From an uncultured Acidobacteriota bacterium (GTDB lineage: Bacteria > Acidobacteriota > Thermoanaerobaculia > Multivoradales > UBA5704): a DNA stretch of 64,000 nt. The notes under the pieces were generated by a model. The model was not told the origin of the DNA. It ran no database searches and worked only from the letters and a program-made list of their open reading frames with translations. Shown here piece after piece: positions 50,175 to 60,365 of the stretch (positions are counted from its first letter, which is position 1; each line of letters begins with the position of its first letter). Position numbers and translations under genes: made by a program. The stretch spans positions 1,184,001 through 1,248,000 of the forward strand of contig CAVYRF010000001.1 in NCBI GenBank assembly GCA_963770895.1, in the 5' to 3' direction.

Positions 50175-51967
50175 GCCGCACGCGCCGCCACGGTCGCCGC
50201 GGCGCGATCGCGACGTTCCCAGCCGCGGCGCTGGCGACGCTCCCGGCCGTGGCGCTTGCCGCGCTCCCAGCCCTGGCGCTGGTCACGCTCCCAGGCGTAG
50301 CGCCGGCCGCGCTCGCGGCCAGCCCGCCGGGCGTCGCGGCGCCGGCGGCGTCCGCGGCACCGTCGCCGGTGCCTGCGCCAGCCCTGGCGCCGGATACGGC
50401 CAAGGCCGACGGCGAAGCCTGGTGGGCGCACGTGCGCTACCTGGCCGACGACCAGCTGGAGGGCCGCTTCACCGGCAGCGCCGGCTACCGCAAGGCTGCC
50501 GACTACGTGGCCGCGCGCTTCAAGGAATACGGCCTGGCGCCGGCCGGCACCGACGGCTACATGCAGCCGGTGGAGTTCGAGGAGGTGAAGATCATCTCGA
50601 TGCGGTCCGGCGCCACCCTGGTGCGCGGCGGCAAGGAGACGCCGCTTTCCTTGGGGCGCGACTTCGTGCTCAGCGCGCGCGGCGCGCAGCCGGGGACGTT
50701 CGAGGCGCCGCTGGTCTTCGCCGGCTACGGGCTGCACCTGCCGGACGCCGGTTACGACGACCTGGCCGGTCTGGATCTGCGCGGCAAGGTGGTGGTGTAC
50801 CTCAACAGCGGGCCGGCCGGCATCTCCGAAGAGCTGAAGGCGCATGCCCACGCCTCCGAGCAGCTGGCGCGCGAGCTGGAGCAGGCGGGAGCGGTGGGGT
50901 TGATCAGCGTGCCCAACCCGCGGGCGATGGACCGCAAGTGGGAAAGTTTTTCGGCCGTGGCGGCGCAGCCCACCCTGCGCCTGGCGGACCCCGCGCTGCA
51001 GGAAACGCAGGGGCCGTTCCTCAAGGCCACCTTCAATCCGGCGCAGGCCGACAAGCTGTTCGACGGCTCCGGGCACCGCTTCGACGACGTGCTGGCGCTG
51101 GCCGACGCCCACCAGCCCCTGCCGCGCTTCGCCCTGGCCGTCGTGCTGCGCGCCCACCTGACCACGACCGGCCTCCGCTTCGCCTCGGACAACGTGGCGG
51201 GCCTGCTGCGCGGCGCCGATCCGGCGCTCGGCCGCCAGGTGGTGGTGGTGTCGGCCCATCTGGATCACCTGGGCTTCAACCCCGCCCTTTCCGGTCACCA
51301 CGTCTTCAACGGCGCCATGGACAACGCCTCCGGGGTGGCGTCGATCCTGGAGATCGCCCGCCGCCTGGCCGCGGCGCCGGCGGCGGAGCGCCCGCGCCGG
51401 TCGATCCTGTTTCTGGCGATCTGCGGCGAAGAAGAAGGGCTCCTGGGCTCGCGCTACTTCGCGCAACGGCCGACGGTGCCGCGCGCCGACCTGGTGGCCG
51501 ATCTCAACCTGGACATGTTCCTGCCGCTCTTCGCGTTGCGCTCGCTGGTCGTCGAAGGGCTGGACGAATCGTCCCTGGGCGACGACGCGCGCGCGGTGGG
51601 CGCCGCGGCGGGAGTCGAGGTGGGCCCCGACCCCGCGCCCGACCGCGCCATCTTCGTGCGCAGCGACCAGTACAGCTTCATCCGCGCCGGCGTTCCCGCC
51701 ATCATGCTGATGTTCGGCGCCAAACCCGGCAGCCGCGAAGCGAAGACCGCCGAAAAGTGGTTCGACACCCGCTATCACGCGGTGTCCGACGACGTCCGGC
51801 AACCGGTCGACCTGGCTGCCGCGGCGCAGTTCAACCAGCTGATGACCCAGCTGGTGCGGCACATCGCCGCCGACGCCCAGCGGCCCGCCTGGAAGGACAC
51901 CAGCTACTTCAAGCACCTGGCGCCGCCCGCGGTACCTGCGCCGCCCGCCGCGCCCGCGCCGCCCTGA
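50171..51967 (+). CDS. Secreted M28-family peptidase with PA domain
   Basis: GTGA overlap; SAHLDHLG, NGAMDNASG, GEEEGLLGS, NLDM, RSDQYSF, YH. Confidence 0.92.
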   Translation: MSRTRRHGRRGAIATFPAAALATLPAVALAALPALALVTLPGVAPAALAASPPGVAAPAASAAPSPVPAPALAPDTAKADGEAWWAHVRYLADDQLEGRFTGSAGYRKAADYVAARFKEYGLAPAGTDGYMQPVEFEEVKIISMRSGATLVRGGKETPLSLGRDFVLSARGAQPGTFEAPLVFAGYGLHLPDAGYDDLAGLDLRGKVVVYLNSGPAGISEELKAHAHASEQLARELEQAGAVGLISVPNPRAMDRKWESFSAVAAQPTLRLADPALQETQGPFLKATFNPAQADKLFDGSGHRFDDVLALADAHQPLPRFALAVVLRAHLTTTGLRFASDNVAGLLRGADPALGRQVVVVSAHLDHLGFNPALSGHHVFNGAMDNASGVASILEIARRLAAAPAAERPRRSILFLAICGEEEGLLGSRYFAQRPTVPRADLVADLNLDMFLPLFALRSLVVEGLDESSLGDDARAVGAAAGVEVGPDPAPDRAIFVRSDQYSFIRAGVPAIMLMFGAKPGSREAKTAEKWFDTRYHAVSDDVRQPVDLAAAAQFNQLMTQLVRHIAADAQRPAWKDTSYFKHLAPPAVPAPPAAPAPP

Positions 51968-51972
51968 TCCGC

Positions 51973-53358
51973 TCAGCCGGCGCCGACCGCGCGGCGGATC
52001 TGCCGCGCGGCGCGCAGTCCGCTGGTCAGGGCGCCTTCGACGGTGCCGGTGTGGCCGGTGGTGTCGGTGGCCTCGCCGGCAAAGAAGAGCGTGCCGTCGA
52101 CCGGCCGCGACAGGCTGCGCGCGGCACCGGCGCCGCCGACGCGGGCGTAGCTGTAAGCGCCGCGGGAATACATGTCCTGCTCCCAGTCGTGCATCCAGGT
52201 CGCCGCCAGGCGCGACGTGACGGCGCGCCGCGGCAGGCCGAGCGCCGCCGCCAGCTCCGCGACGGCCGTGGACTTGACGGCGCCGGGGCCCCGCCGGGCG
52301 ATGGCTGCCGCCCTGGGGCCGCCGCACCAGGCGACCGCCAGCGGCCACAGCACGGGATAGGCGGTCCACCAGACGCCGAACGTCGGCCCGCCCAGGCTCC
52401 AGAAACCGATCCGCGCCGTCAGCTCCGCCGTGTGTCCCACCGCGCCGGCCGTCCACGGAAACTCCCGGAACCAGCAGGCGAGGCGCGCCACCGACCCCAT
52501 CGCCACCCCGCCGAGGGCGCGCCGGACGCGCGGCGGCTCCGGGTCCAGGCGAAGGCCGCCGGGCTCCGCCGGGCCGGCCGCCAGCACGCCGGCGGAGACA
52601 GTGATCAGGACCGCCCGCGCCGCGAAGCGCTCGCCGCCGCCATCGCCACCGCCGCCGCTGGCGCCACGACCGCCGCCGTCACCGGCGCCGGCGCCGCCGC
52701 CGTCGTCTCGCCTGGCGGCCAGCTGGACCTGCCCCCGGCGCCATTCGATCGCCGTCACCGCGGTCCGCAGCCGGAGATCCGCTCCCAGCTCCGCCGCCAG
52801 CCAGCGCGGCAGCTGGTCGTAGCCGCCGTGCACCCGCGCCATCTGGCTGGCCGCGGCCCCCATCTGCGCCTCGTATTGGGGCGCCAGCGAGCGCACGCTG
52901 ATCTGGTCCGCATCGGCGGCGTGGTAGCCCTCGACGAAGCCGCGCGCGGCGCGCCGGTCGGCGGCCGACGCGAGCTTGCCGAGGTGGGCCAGGTAGCTGT
53001 CGAACGAGCGGTCCGGCGCCGCCGGGTCGATGTGCCCCAGGATGCGGTCGATGGGGCTCCACCTCTCCGTCCCCGACAGGTGCCCGCGGCGCGCCCGCCA
53101 ATGTTCGCCGGCGATGTCGATCGTGGCGATCCCCGCCTCGGCAAGCAGGCGATGGGTGACCGGTGCGGCGCCGTGGACGAACTCCGCGCCCAGCTCGACC
53201 GGCAACGGGATGCGCGGGTCGTGCACCGTGAGGATGCGGCCGCCGACGCGGTCGCGCGCTTCGAGCACTAACACCCGCAGGCCGTGGCGGCGCAGCTCGC
53301 GGGCGGCAGCCAGACCCGCCACGCCGGCGCCCACCACCGCCACGTCCGCTCGCTCCAT
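51973..53358 (-). CDS. Flavin monoamine oxidase family protein
   Basis: VVGAGVAGL, LEARDRVGGRI, ELGAEFVHG, GAYSY, FFAGEAT...TVEGA. Confidence 0.92.
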   Translation of the reverse strand: MERADVAVVGAGVAGLAAARELRRHGLRVLVLEARDRVGGRILTVHDPRIPLPVELGAEFVHGAAPVTHRLLAEAGIATIDIAGEHWRARRGHLSGTERWSPIDRILGHIDPAAPDRSFDSYLAHLGKLASAADRRAARGFVEGYHAADADQISVRSLAPQYEAQMGAAASQMARVHGGYDQLPRWLAAELGADLRLRTAVTAIEWRRGQVQLAARRDDGGGAGAGDGGGRGASGGGGDGGGERFAARAVLITVSAGVLAAGPAEPGGLRLDPEPPRVRRALGGVAMGSVARLACWFREFPWTAGAVGHTAELTARIGFWSLGGPTFGVWWTAYPVLWPLAVAWCGGPRAAAIARRGPGAVKSTAVAELAAALGLPRRAVTSRLAATWMHDWEQDMYSRGAYSYARVGGAGAARSLSRPVDGTLFFAGEATDTTGHTGTVEGALTSGLRAARQIRRAVGAG

Positions 53359-53402
53359 GCTCCTCCCTGCTGCCATGCCCGTGCCGCCCGGCGTCCGACC
53401 GA

Positions 53403-53984
53403 TCACGCCGCCGGCGGCGGGGATTGCGGCGAGTCTTCGCCCGGCGGGCGCGGCATCAGCCGCTCGATGACCACATAGGTGACCGTGTCCCAGGAGTTGT
53501 GGATGCCGATGACCAGCAGCGCGAGCGTCGCCGCGGCGATCGTGAACAGCGCCCCGATGGGGTGTGCGACCAGCAGCAGCCCGCCGGCCAGCAGCAGCGC
53601 GTGCGCCACGAGCGGGATGGCGATGTGCCACAGCCAGTCCTCGACGACCAGGCGATAGTCGCGCTGGCGGATGGCGCGGCGGGTCACCAGGCCGGCGTAC
53701 ACCGTTCCACCCGCGCCGAACAGCACGATCGTCATGGCGACCCCGAAAAGCCCGCCCCAGGGTGCGCACATCACGGCGGCAAGCAGCAGCACGGTGCTGA
53801 AATACACGATCGTCGGCGTCGCGAACGCATCGATCCCGGTCGACGAGTTCCCCAGCCGCATCTGCGCGAACAGCGCGATGACGACAAACTGCAGCGCCGT
53901 CAGCGCCGCCGCCGCGGAGCCGGCGATGACGTAAAAGTTCGCCCAGTGGAGGAGGATGGGCGGCGTTGCGATGGCTCCGTACAT
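53403..53984 (-). CDS. Multi-pass membrane protein, function unknown
   Basis: GGAGGA RBS; about 5 hydrophobic helices; WANFYVIAGSAAAALT...HNSWD. Confidence 0.82.
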   Translation of the reverse strand: MYGAIATPPILLHWANFYVIAGSAAAALTALQFVVIALFAQMRLGNSSTGIDAFATPTIVYFSTVLLLAAVMCAPWGGLFGVAMTIVLFGAGGTVYAGLVTRRAIRQRDYRLVVEDWLWHIAIPLVAHALLLAGGLLLVAHPIGALFTIAAATLALLVIGIHNSWDTVTYVVIERLMPRPPGEDSPQSPPPAA

Positions 53985-54195
53985 GGCGTCCTCCAAGAGA
54001 TCCGCACCCGCCTCTGCATCGACGCCAGGGCGGGCGCAGGCAGGATCAGGACCAGCCGTCTGCGGCCGTTGCCGCATTCTAGCGCGCACCTGCGGGCCGC
54101 GGCCGCCGGTGCGGGTGGAGAAGTGACATAATTGGCGCGACGTTCCGGCGCCGGCGCAGGTGCCGCCGCTGCCGCCTGTTCACGCCCCCGCTGAC

Positions 54196-55197
54196 ATGGC
54201 CCGTCCCACCGTGATCTGCCTCACGCCGGTCCGCAACGAGGCGTGGATTCTGGAACGCTTTCTCCACTGCGCCAGCCGCTGGGCAGACCACATCCTGCTG
54301 GCTGACGACCGATCGGTCGACGCGTCGCAGGCGATCGCCCGCCGGTTCCCCAAGGTGCGGTGGATCGCGCCCGCCGTCCCGATGAGCGACGAAGGCGCGC
54401 GCCGCGGCCTGCTGCTCGACGCGGCGCGGCAGATCGCGGCGCCGCGGCTGTTGCTCGCCTTGGACGCGGACGAAGTGTTGAGCGCCGGCTCCTGGGACAC
54501 GGCGGAGTGGGCGGCGATGCTCGCCGCCGCGCCGGGGACGGGCTTTCGCTTCCGCATGCGCAACCTGCGCCCCGGCCTCCAAAGTTGCTGGGACGAGCCG
54601 TGCGAAGGGCTCTGGGCGTTTCGCGACGACGGCAGCGCTTTCCACGGCGAGGTGCTGCACAGCCGCCGGCTGCCCCTGCCGGCTCCCGACGCGGTGGTGA
54701 TGCTGGCCGACGTCCAGGTGCTGCACTACCAGTACACCGATTGGGCCAGGATGCGTTCCAAACACCGCTGGTACCTGTGCCTGGAGCGGCTGCTGCGGCC
54801 GGAGCGCCGGCCGCTCCAGGTGTACCGGCAATACCACCACATGGACGCCGTGCCGCGCGGTGCGATGCGGGCGGTGCGGCAGGAGTGGCTTGCCGGCTAC
54901 GAAGATCTCGGCATCGACATGCGGCAAGCCCAAGGTGCGCCGCCGTACTGGTTCGACCGCGAAGTGGTGGCGATGATCGATCGTCACGGCGCCGGCCACT
55001 TCCGCCGCCAGGCCATCTGGGAAACCGATTGGGCGACGCTGGCGCGGCGCGACGGATACGATGCGCCGGAGCGCTTTCGCGATCCGCGCACGCGCCGCGA
55101 AAAAGCGATCCATTCCTGGTTGCGCCTCACCCAGCGCCGCTCCCGCCAGCCCCTCGTGCGCTGGCTCGACGGCCTCTTGCAGCGGCAGGGGTGGTGA
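54196..55197 (+). CDS. Glycosyltransferase family 2-like
   Basis: CLTPVRNE, DDRSVD, ALDADE, VLHY. Confidence 0.85.
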   Translation: MARPTVICLTPVRNEAWILERFLHCASRWADHILLADDRSVDASQAIARRFPKVRWIAPAVPMSDEGARRGLLLDAARQIAAPRLLLALDADEVLSAGSWDTAEWAAMLAAAPGTGFRFRMRNLRPGLQSCWDEPCEGLWAFRDDGSAFHGEVLHSRRLPLPAPDAVVMLADVQVLHYQYTDWARMRSKHRWYLCLERLLRPERRPLQVYRQYHHMDAVPRGAMRAVRQEWLAGYEDLGIDMRQAQGAPPYWFDREVVAMIDRHGAGHFRRQAIWETDWATLARRDGYDAPERFRDPRTRREKAIHSWLRLTQRRSRQPLVRWLDGLLQRQGW

Positions 55198-55204
55198 CCG
55201 GGTG

Positions 55205-56650
55205 ATGCCGCCACCGGCGCCGCCGCCGCCGCTCACCACCCTCGATCGCTTGCCGGCGCCGCCGCCCGGCCGCGCGGGCTGGCCGTGGACCGAGGCGCCG
55301 CCGCCGCTGCCGCCGCGGCGCGCCGGCGGCTCGCCCTGGCCGCGCATCAGCATCGTCACCTGTTCGCACAACCAAGCCGATTTCCTTGAGGAGACCCTGC
55401 GATCGGTCCTGCTGCAGGGCTATCCGAACCTCGAATACATCGTCATCGACGGCGGCAGCAGCGACCATTCGCTCGCGATCGTCGAGCGCTACGCGCCCTG
55501 GCTCGCCCGCTGGGAGGCGCAGCAGGACCGCGGCCAGGCGGGGGCGCTCAACAGCGGCTTTGAGCATGCCACCGGCGACATCCTCGCCTACCTGAGCTCC
55601 GACGACACCTACCTGCCCGGCGCCCTGGAGCGCGCCGCCCGCGAGGTCGACGAGCGGCGCCATCGCCACCTGGTGGTCGGCCGCTGCCTCTACGTCGACG
55701 CCGCCGGGGCGTCCTTGGGCAACGAGCACCCCAGCCGCGCCGTCAGCCACCGCCGCCTGCTGGCCATCTGGAAGGGGCACAGCGTGCCGCAGCCGGCCGC
55801 CTTCTGGAGTCGCGCCGCCTGGCAGGAGGGCGGCCCGCTGGTCGAAGACGCCGGCATGCGCTGGATCGACTACGGGCTCTTCTGCCGCATCACGCGCCGC
55901 TACCGCCTGCACGCCGTCGATCAGCTCCTGGCCACCTATCGCCTCCATCCCACCTCCATCACCGTCTCCACCGGCCCCGCCGCCGCCCGTCCCCAGATCC
56001 TCCAAGTCAGCCGCTGCTATTGGGGTCCGCCCTGGACGCCGCGCCACCTCCTGCTCGCTGCCTCGCTCGCCGTCCACCGCTGCGATCGCCTGGGCCGCGG
56101 CCGCGCCATCCTCCGCCGCGCCTTGGCCGAGCGCGCCCAGGGCCACAACCCCAGCGCCCGCCGGCTCACCGCGCTGGCGGCCCTGGTCGTCCCCGACGTG
56201 GTGTGCCGGCTGGCGGTCGAGCGCCGCCAGGCCGACGGCCGGCCGCATCCCATCGCGTCCGCGCTCGGCCGCCTGCTGGGCCAGCGCCCCGCCCCGTTCA
56301 GCCATTCGACCGACCCCTGGCCCGACCGCTGGGTCGGCCCTCACCTCCACCTCGACCTGCCGGCCGCTGGAGGCGAGCGACGCCTGCGCATCCTGGGCAC
56401 CGCCGTCCGCTCCTACCTGGGCGCCCCGCTCACCTTGGAAGCACGCATCGACGGCCGCCCCGCCGGCGCCGCGACCATCGAGCGCGAAGGCCCCTTCGCC
56501 GTCGACCTGCCGCTGACCCCCGCCGCCGCGCCAGGCCGCCGCCACGTCGAGATCCAGGCCACCCCCCACTTCATCCCCGACACCATCCTCGGCAACAGCG
56601 ACCAACGCCCCCTCTGCTGGCTGGTCCAATCCGTCACCCTGCAACCCTGA
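55205..56650 (+). CDS. Glycosyltransferase family 2 with an extra C-terminal domain
   Basis: WPRISIVT, SVLLQGYPNLEYIVIDGGSSD, YLSSDD, PQPAAFW. Confidence 0.9.
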   Translation: MPPPAPPPPLTTLDRLPAPPPGRAGWPWTEAPPPLPPRRAGGSPWPRISIVTCSHNQADFLEETLRSVLLQGYPNLEYIVIDGGSSDHSLAIVERYAPWLARWEAQQDRGQAGALNSGFEHATGDILAYLSSDDTYLPGALERAAREVDERRHRHLVVGRCLYVDAAGASLGNEHPSRAVSHRRLLAIWKGHSVPQPAAFWSRAAWQEGGPLVEDAGMRWIDYGLFCRITRRYRLHAVDQLLATYRLHPTSITVSTGPAAARPQILQVSRCYWGPPWTPRHLLLAASLAVHRCDRLGRGRAILRRALAERAQGHNPSARRLTALAALVVPDVVCRLAVERRQADGRPHPIASALGRLLGQRPAPFSHSTDPWPDRWVGPHLHLDLPAAGGERRLRILGTAVRSYLGAPLTLEARIDGRPAGAATIEREGPFAVDLPLTPAAAPGRRHVEIQATPHFIPDTILGNSDQRPLCWLVQSVTLQP

Positions 56651-56670
56651 CCCATAGCACGGCTGATCGA

Positions 56671-59139
56671 TCAACGGCTGGGCTCTGGCGCCTCGGTTGG
56701 AGCTTCGGTCTTCTGCAGATCCGGGCCATCGAGCCCCGCCAGGGCCTGCCGAAGCTGTTCCAGGCTCTGTGCCACCTGGTAGCCGAAGCCCTCGTCCTCT
56801 CCCAGCTGAGGAGCGGCGGCGAGGACCGCAGGGACGCTCGTGTCATAGGCGTGCCGGACCAGAGCAGACCACAGCCTCGGCTTTCCCTCCTCGAGATCCT
56901 CGAAGGTCTTCCAGACGCGGGAGAGCTCTTGATGCCAGTATGCCTTGAAGCCCGAGGCAGTGAAGACGCTGTTCTCCAGATAATCCACCAGAGCTCGGAG
57001 ATCTTCCTGAATCTCGGCCAGGATTGATGCGAAATCGGCGGCTGGGCCGGACGGGCGGGCCAAGTCCTCCCTCGGTTGTGGTGCAGGCTCAGGTTCCGGC
57101 GTGGCGGGCTTCGAGGTCCCCGGCACCTCGATCTTTCGAAAGGTCACGCCCGAGAAAGCCGGCGGTGACGCATGCCTCGATGCGCTCCCGGCTTCGCTCG
57201 CAGAGAGCGGTGGTGGCGGGGGCGCGCTGAGAGGGCGCCAGCTACCATAGTCCAGGAAATGTTCCAGATCCTTGTGGGCGGGATCGACACCCTCGTAGAA
57301 CTCCGCCAAAGCTTTGATGTCCGGCGCCCTTTCCTTGAGGCTGACCCGCCGGTCCGGAACTCCCCGCGGAGCTGTCAAGAAGATCTCGGCTGCAGGCCGG
57401 GCAAAGCGGAGGAATAGAGTTGAAACGCCATGCTCGATGCGAGGCTCGATCGGGCCAAGATCCTTGTCAAGCGCTTCTTCGATGCCCTTGATGCCCCAGA
57501 GAAGCTCTACCATTTTGCTCGTCAGCTCGCCGATGGACCGGTTGAGGTCCGCGGCCAGGTCCCGGCCGATGCCGTCGATGTGCTTCACGGCCTCCTGGTG
57601 GACCACCTTCCTGATCGCGATGTGAGCCGAGACGGGCAGGAATCTGCCATCGCCCGTGCGTCCATGGACCTTGTAGAGCTCCTGAATCTTATCTGGTGAC
57701 GCAGATGGCAGAGCTGCTTCAAAGCCGTGGACGAGGTCCCGGTAGCGGCCACGGAATCTCGTCAGCTCCGGGTTGTCGGACGGTTCCGCATCGACTTCTC
57801 GTCCGACCTTGGGCATTACTTTAGAATCGTAAAAGTCGCCCAGGTCCTTGCGGATTCTCGTCCACTCCTGGGTCCACCAGGCGTTGAAGGCGATCTCGAA
57901 CCGGCGGTCTCCGTCTTCCTGATAGTTGCCAGAAAATTCGGGGAACCTCTCTTCGAGTTGGTTGACCAGGTCACGGGCGACCCGGCGAAGGTCCGCCAGA
58001 ATCCTGTCACAGCGGCGGGCGAGAAGACTGGAGCGTTCGCCGTCGATATATGCCTGCACAGCGCGCTTGAGCTCGTCTATCCCATCGCCGACGCCGAGCT
58101 GGGCGAGGCGGGCCACGATGTTGGGCCCGTAGCGCATCACCTCTTCGCGTCCGGCGCCATTGCGGAAGAGGAGCGCGGGAGGGCAGACAGGCAGGACGCG
58201 GTCCGGTGGTATCCCTCGCCACTCGCGCCGGGCGCTTTCGAGAAGCTCGCGGAAATGCTGAACATCTTCGGCGGTGTCGATGCGCGTCAACACCACAAAA
58301 GTCTTACCTGCGGCCTTGACCGCCGGATCCTCGATGTCCGCAAAGCGGAGCATGCGCACCTCGGTCCCTTCGCGGTTGGGAGAGCGGAAGTCCTTGGCAT
58401 AGAGGATGGCGTCGCACTCAGCAATCTTCTGCTGCGCTTGTTGCTTGTGCATTTCAAGGGGAGAATTGAATCCAGGTACGTCATGAAAAACCAGGTCGCG
58501 GGCGGCGCGCAGCGCCGTTGTGCGCAGAATGATGCGCCGCACGGCCCGTGCATAGGCGGGATCCGTGATGACCCGCGTGAGATCCTGGCGGATCTCCCGG
58601 ATATCCAGAAACGATCGCTTTTCGGGAGAACGGCCCAGGAGAGGGCGGATCTGCGCTTCCAGCCCCCTGGTTTCTTCAAGGTCATTGTCCAGGTCTCGGA
58701 AGTCCTGCCCCTCCTGGCGTTGCGCAGCGGCGAGAGATGCATGAGCCTTGCGCTTCTGGTCGAGCTCCTCGGCAAACTCCTCGGGTGTGCGATATTCGAT
58801 TTCATAGCTCTGATCCCGCTCGCTGGGAGCGGACCAGATCTCGGTCGGAGTATAGGTGCACCGCTCATCCCGCGATGGGAGGATCTCGGCACCCAACCAG
58901 GCATTGATGAGAGCGCTTTTCCCGGCCTTTTCGAGACCGAGGACCGCCACATGGAACTGATTGTCGCGGAGCTTCTTGAGCTGACGGGCCAGCTGGGGCG
59001 CCAATTGGTCAAGCTTCTGACCGATCTTGGCCGTCAGGTTGGCAGCCTGCTGGCTCTGCAGGTCCCGCGCACGGGAGAGTACCGCATCCGCAAGCTGCAT
59101 CCTTGTCAGGTAGTGAGCACGGAAGGTTTCCCAACTCAT
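56671..59139 (-). CDS. Dynamin-like GTPase (822 aa)
   Basis: GGAGA RBS + ATG 59139; G1 GLEKAGKS, G2 RCT, G3 DVPG, G4 TRID; long helical C-terminal part. Confidence 0.88.
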   Translation of the reverse strand: MSWETFRAHYLTRMQLADAVLSRARDLQSQQAANLTAKIGQKLDQLAPQLARQLKKLRDNQFHVAVLGLEKAGKSALINAWLGAEILPSRDERCTYTPTEIWSAPSERDQSYEIEYRTPEEFAEELDQKRKAHASLAAAQRQEGQDFRDLDNDLEETRGLEAQIRPLLGRSPEKRSFLDIREIRQDLTRVITDPAYARAVRRIILRTTALRAARDLVFHDVPGFNSPLEMHKQQAQQKIAECDAILYAKDFRSPNREGTEVRMLRFADIEDPAVKAAGKTFVVLTRIDTAEDVQHFRELLESARREWRGIPPDRVLPVCPPALLFRNGAGREEVMRYGPNIVARLAQLGVGDGIDELKRAVQAYIDGERSSLLARRCDRILADLRRVARDLVNQLEERFPEFSGNYQEDGDRRFEIAFNAWWTQEWTRIRKDLGDFYDSKVMPKVGREVDAEPSDNPELTRFRGRYRDLVHGFEAALPSASPDKIQELYKVHGRTGDGRFLPVSAHIAIRKVVHQEAVKHIDGIGRDLAADLNRSIGELTSKMVELLWGIKGIEEALDKDLGPIEPRIEHGVSTLFLRFARPAAEIFLTAPRGVPDRRVSLKERAPDIKALAEFYEGVDPAHKDLEHFLDYGSWRPLSAPPPPPLSASEAGSASRHASPPAFSGVTFRKIEVPGTSKPATPEPEPAPQPREDLARPSGPAADFASILAEIQEDLRALVDYLENSVFTASGFKAYWHQELSRVWKTFEDLEEGKPRLWSALVRHAYDTSVPAVLAAAPQLGEDEGFGYQVAQSLEQLRQALAGLDGPDLQKTEAPTEAPEPSR

Positions 59140-59156
59140 CGTTTGTTCTCCGCTTC

Positions 59157-60365
59157 TCAGGATTTCAACAGGATGAGGAGTATGACAATGGCAGCCAGGA
59201 CAAGGAACGTCCACACCAACACCGTGAAGCCGGAAGGTCCGGCCCCAACCCGCGGCTGCGCAGGAGCGACCGGTGACAGAGCCGGTGGTGGATGCAGGGG
59301 CGCTGGGGTTGTCCTTGTCGCAGCTCCAGTCTTTGGAGTAGGCGGCGGTGGCGCCGGCTTCAGGCTCCTGATGTGGCTACGGACCAGATTCCAGGAATCT
59401 GCGGCAGGAATCCTGGCTACGAGATCGCCAAGCGAGGCCCGTAACAGACCAATGGGCGGACAGGTCGCAAGCGAGGCCGAGCGCCACGTCTGACGAAATA
59501 CGTCCCAAAAGGTCGGTGCGAAGCCGCGCAGCCATCTCTCGGCCTCCCGGAAGCGCTCGCCTGCTTCCTGGGAACCATGGTCGTCGCCAAAGAACCCGCT
59601 CTCTCCCGTCATTGCAGCGAGGGGAGGGTTGGCCAGAAGGAGGATTTCCGCCGCGAGGATCGCTGCGGCGTAGCGATCTCCTTCCCTGCAGGCGACGCGA
59701 TTGTCTCTCGGGTGTGTATAACCGGGAGTGCCGCGGCTGTCTCCAGGCGGTGTTCCCGGAAAGTACACGTCCTCCAGATCGATGACTTGGATTTTGCGAG
59801 CCGCGAGCTCGATGACGACGTTGCCTCCGGCGATGTCGGTATGAGTGGCGCAGAGACCTTCGATTGAGCAGACCACGTCGAGAAAATGTGCGCATAGATG
59901 GATCGCCGCGGGGGCCTCGAGGTGCTTCCCCTCGGTCGCAGCTTCTAGAATCTCATTCCAGGTTTGTCCCCCGATCCAGGGCATGAGCATCGCGTAGCTC
60001 AGCTGGTCCCAGAGCCTTGTGGCTGGATCGGAGGGCAGGATCACACGACGGTTGGCTGCCCGCAGGCCGTCGAGCTGGTAGAGCGGCTCCAGACGGCGTG
60101 CAATGTGCGCGAGCTCGGGCGACCGGCACCCAGGCCGGAAGACCTTGAGCGCCCAGTCCTGGCCAGTCAGGCTCCGCAGCTTGTAGATCGTCGCCCGGCC
60201 GCCGACGTCGCTCGCGTGCACCATCCTGAATGTGCCCCTCTCGAAGCTGCGGAAGAAAAAGGATTCGCCGAACAGCGCGATCTCCTGATCCGGTTGGGGC
60301 TTGAACACTGTCGCGGCGGTTGCGTCAGGGCTGTCCCTGGCGAATGTCGATCTTGTAGAATCCAC
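59157..60365 (-). CDS. Protein kinase-like enzyme with a C-terminal membrane anchor
   Basis: GGRATIY, WALKVF, HTDIAGGN, VIDLED, GTPGY, DRYA; Pro-rich linker, then FTVLVWTFLVLAAIVILLILL. Alternative start GTG 60308. Confidence 0.85.
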   Translation of the reverse strand: MDSTRSTFARDSPDATAATVFKPQPDQEIALFGESFFFRSFERGTFRMVHASDVGGRATIYKLRSLTGQDWALKVFRPGCRSPELAHIARRLEPLYQLDGLRAANRRVILPSDPATRLWDQLSYAMLMPWIGGQTWNEILEAATEGKHLEAPAAIHLCAHFLDVVCSIEGLCATHTDIAGGNVVIELAARKIQVIDLEDVYFPGTPPGDSRGTPGYTHPRDNRVACREGDRYAAAILAAEILLLANPPLAAMTGESGFFGDDHGSQEAGERFREAERWLRGFAPTFWDVFRQTWRSASLATCPPIGLLRASLGDLVARIPAADSWNLVRSHIRSLKPAPPPPTPKTGAATRTTPAPLHPPPALSPVAPAQPRVGAGPSGFTVLVWTFLVLAAIVILLILLKS

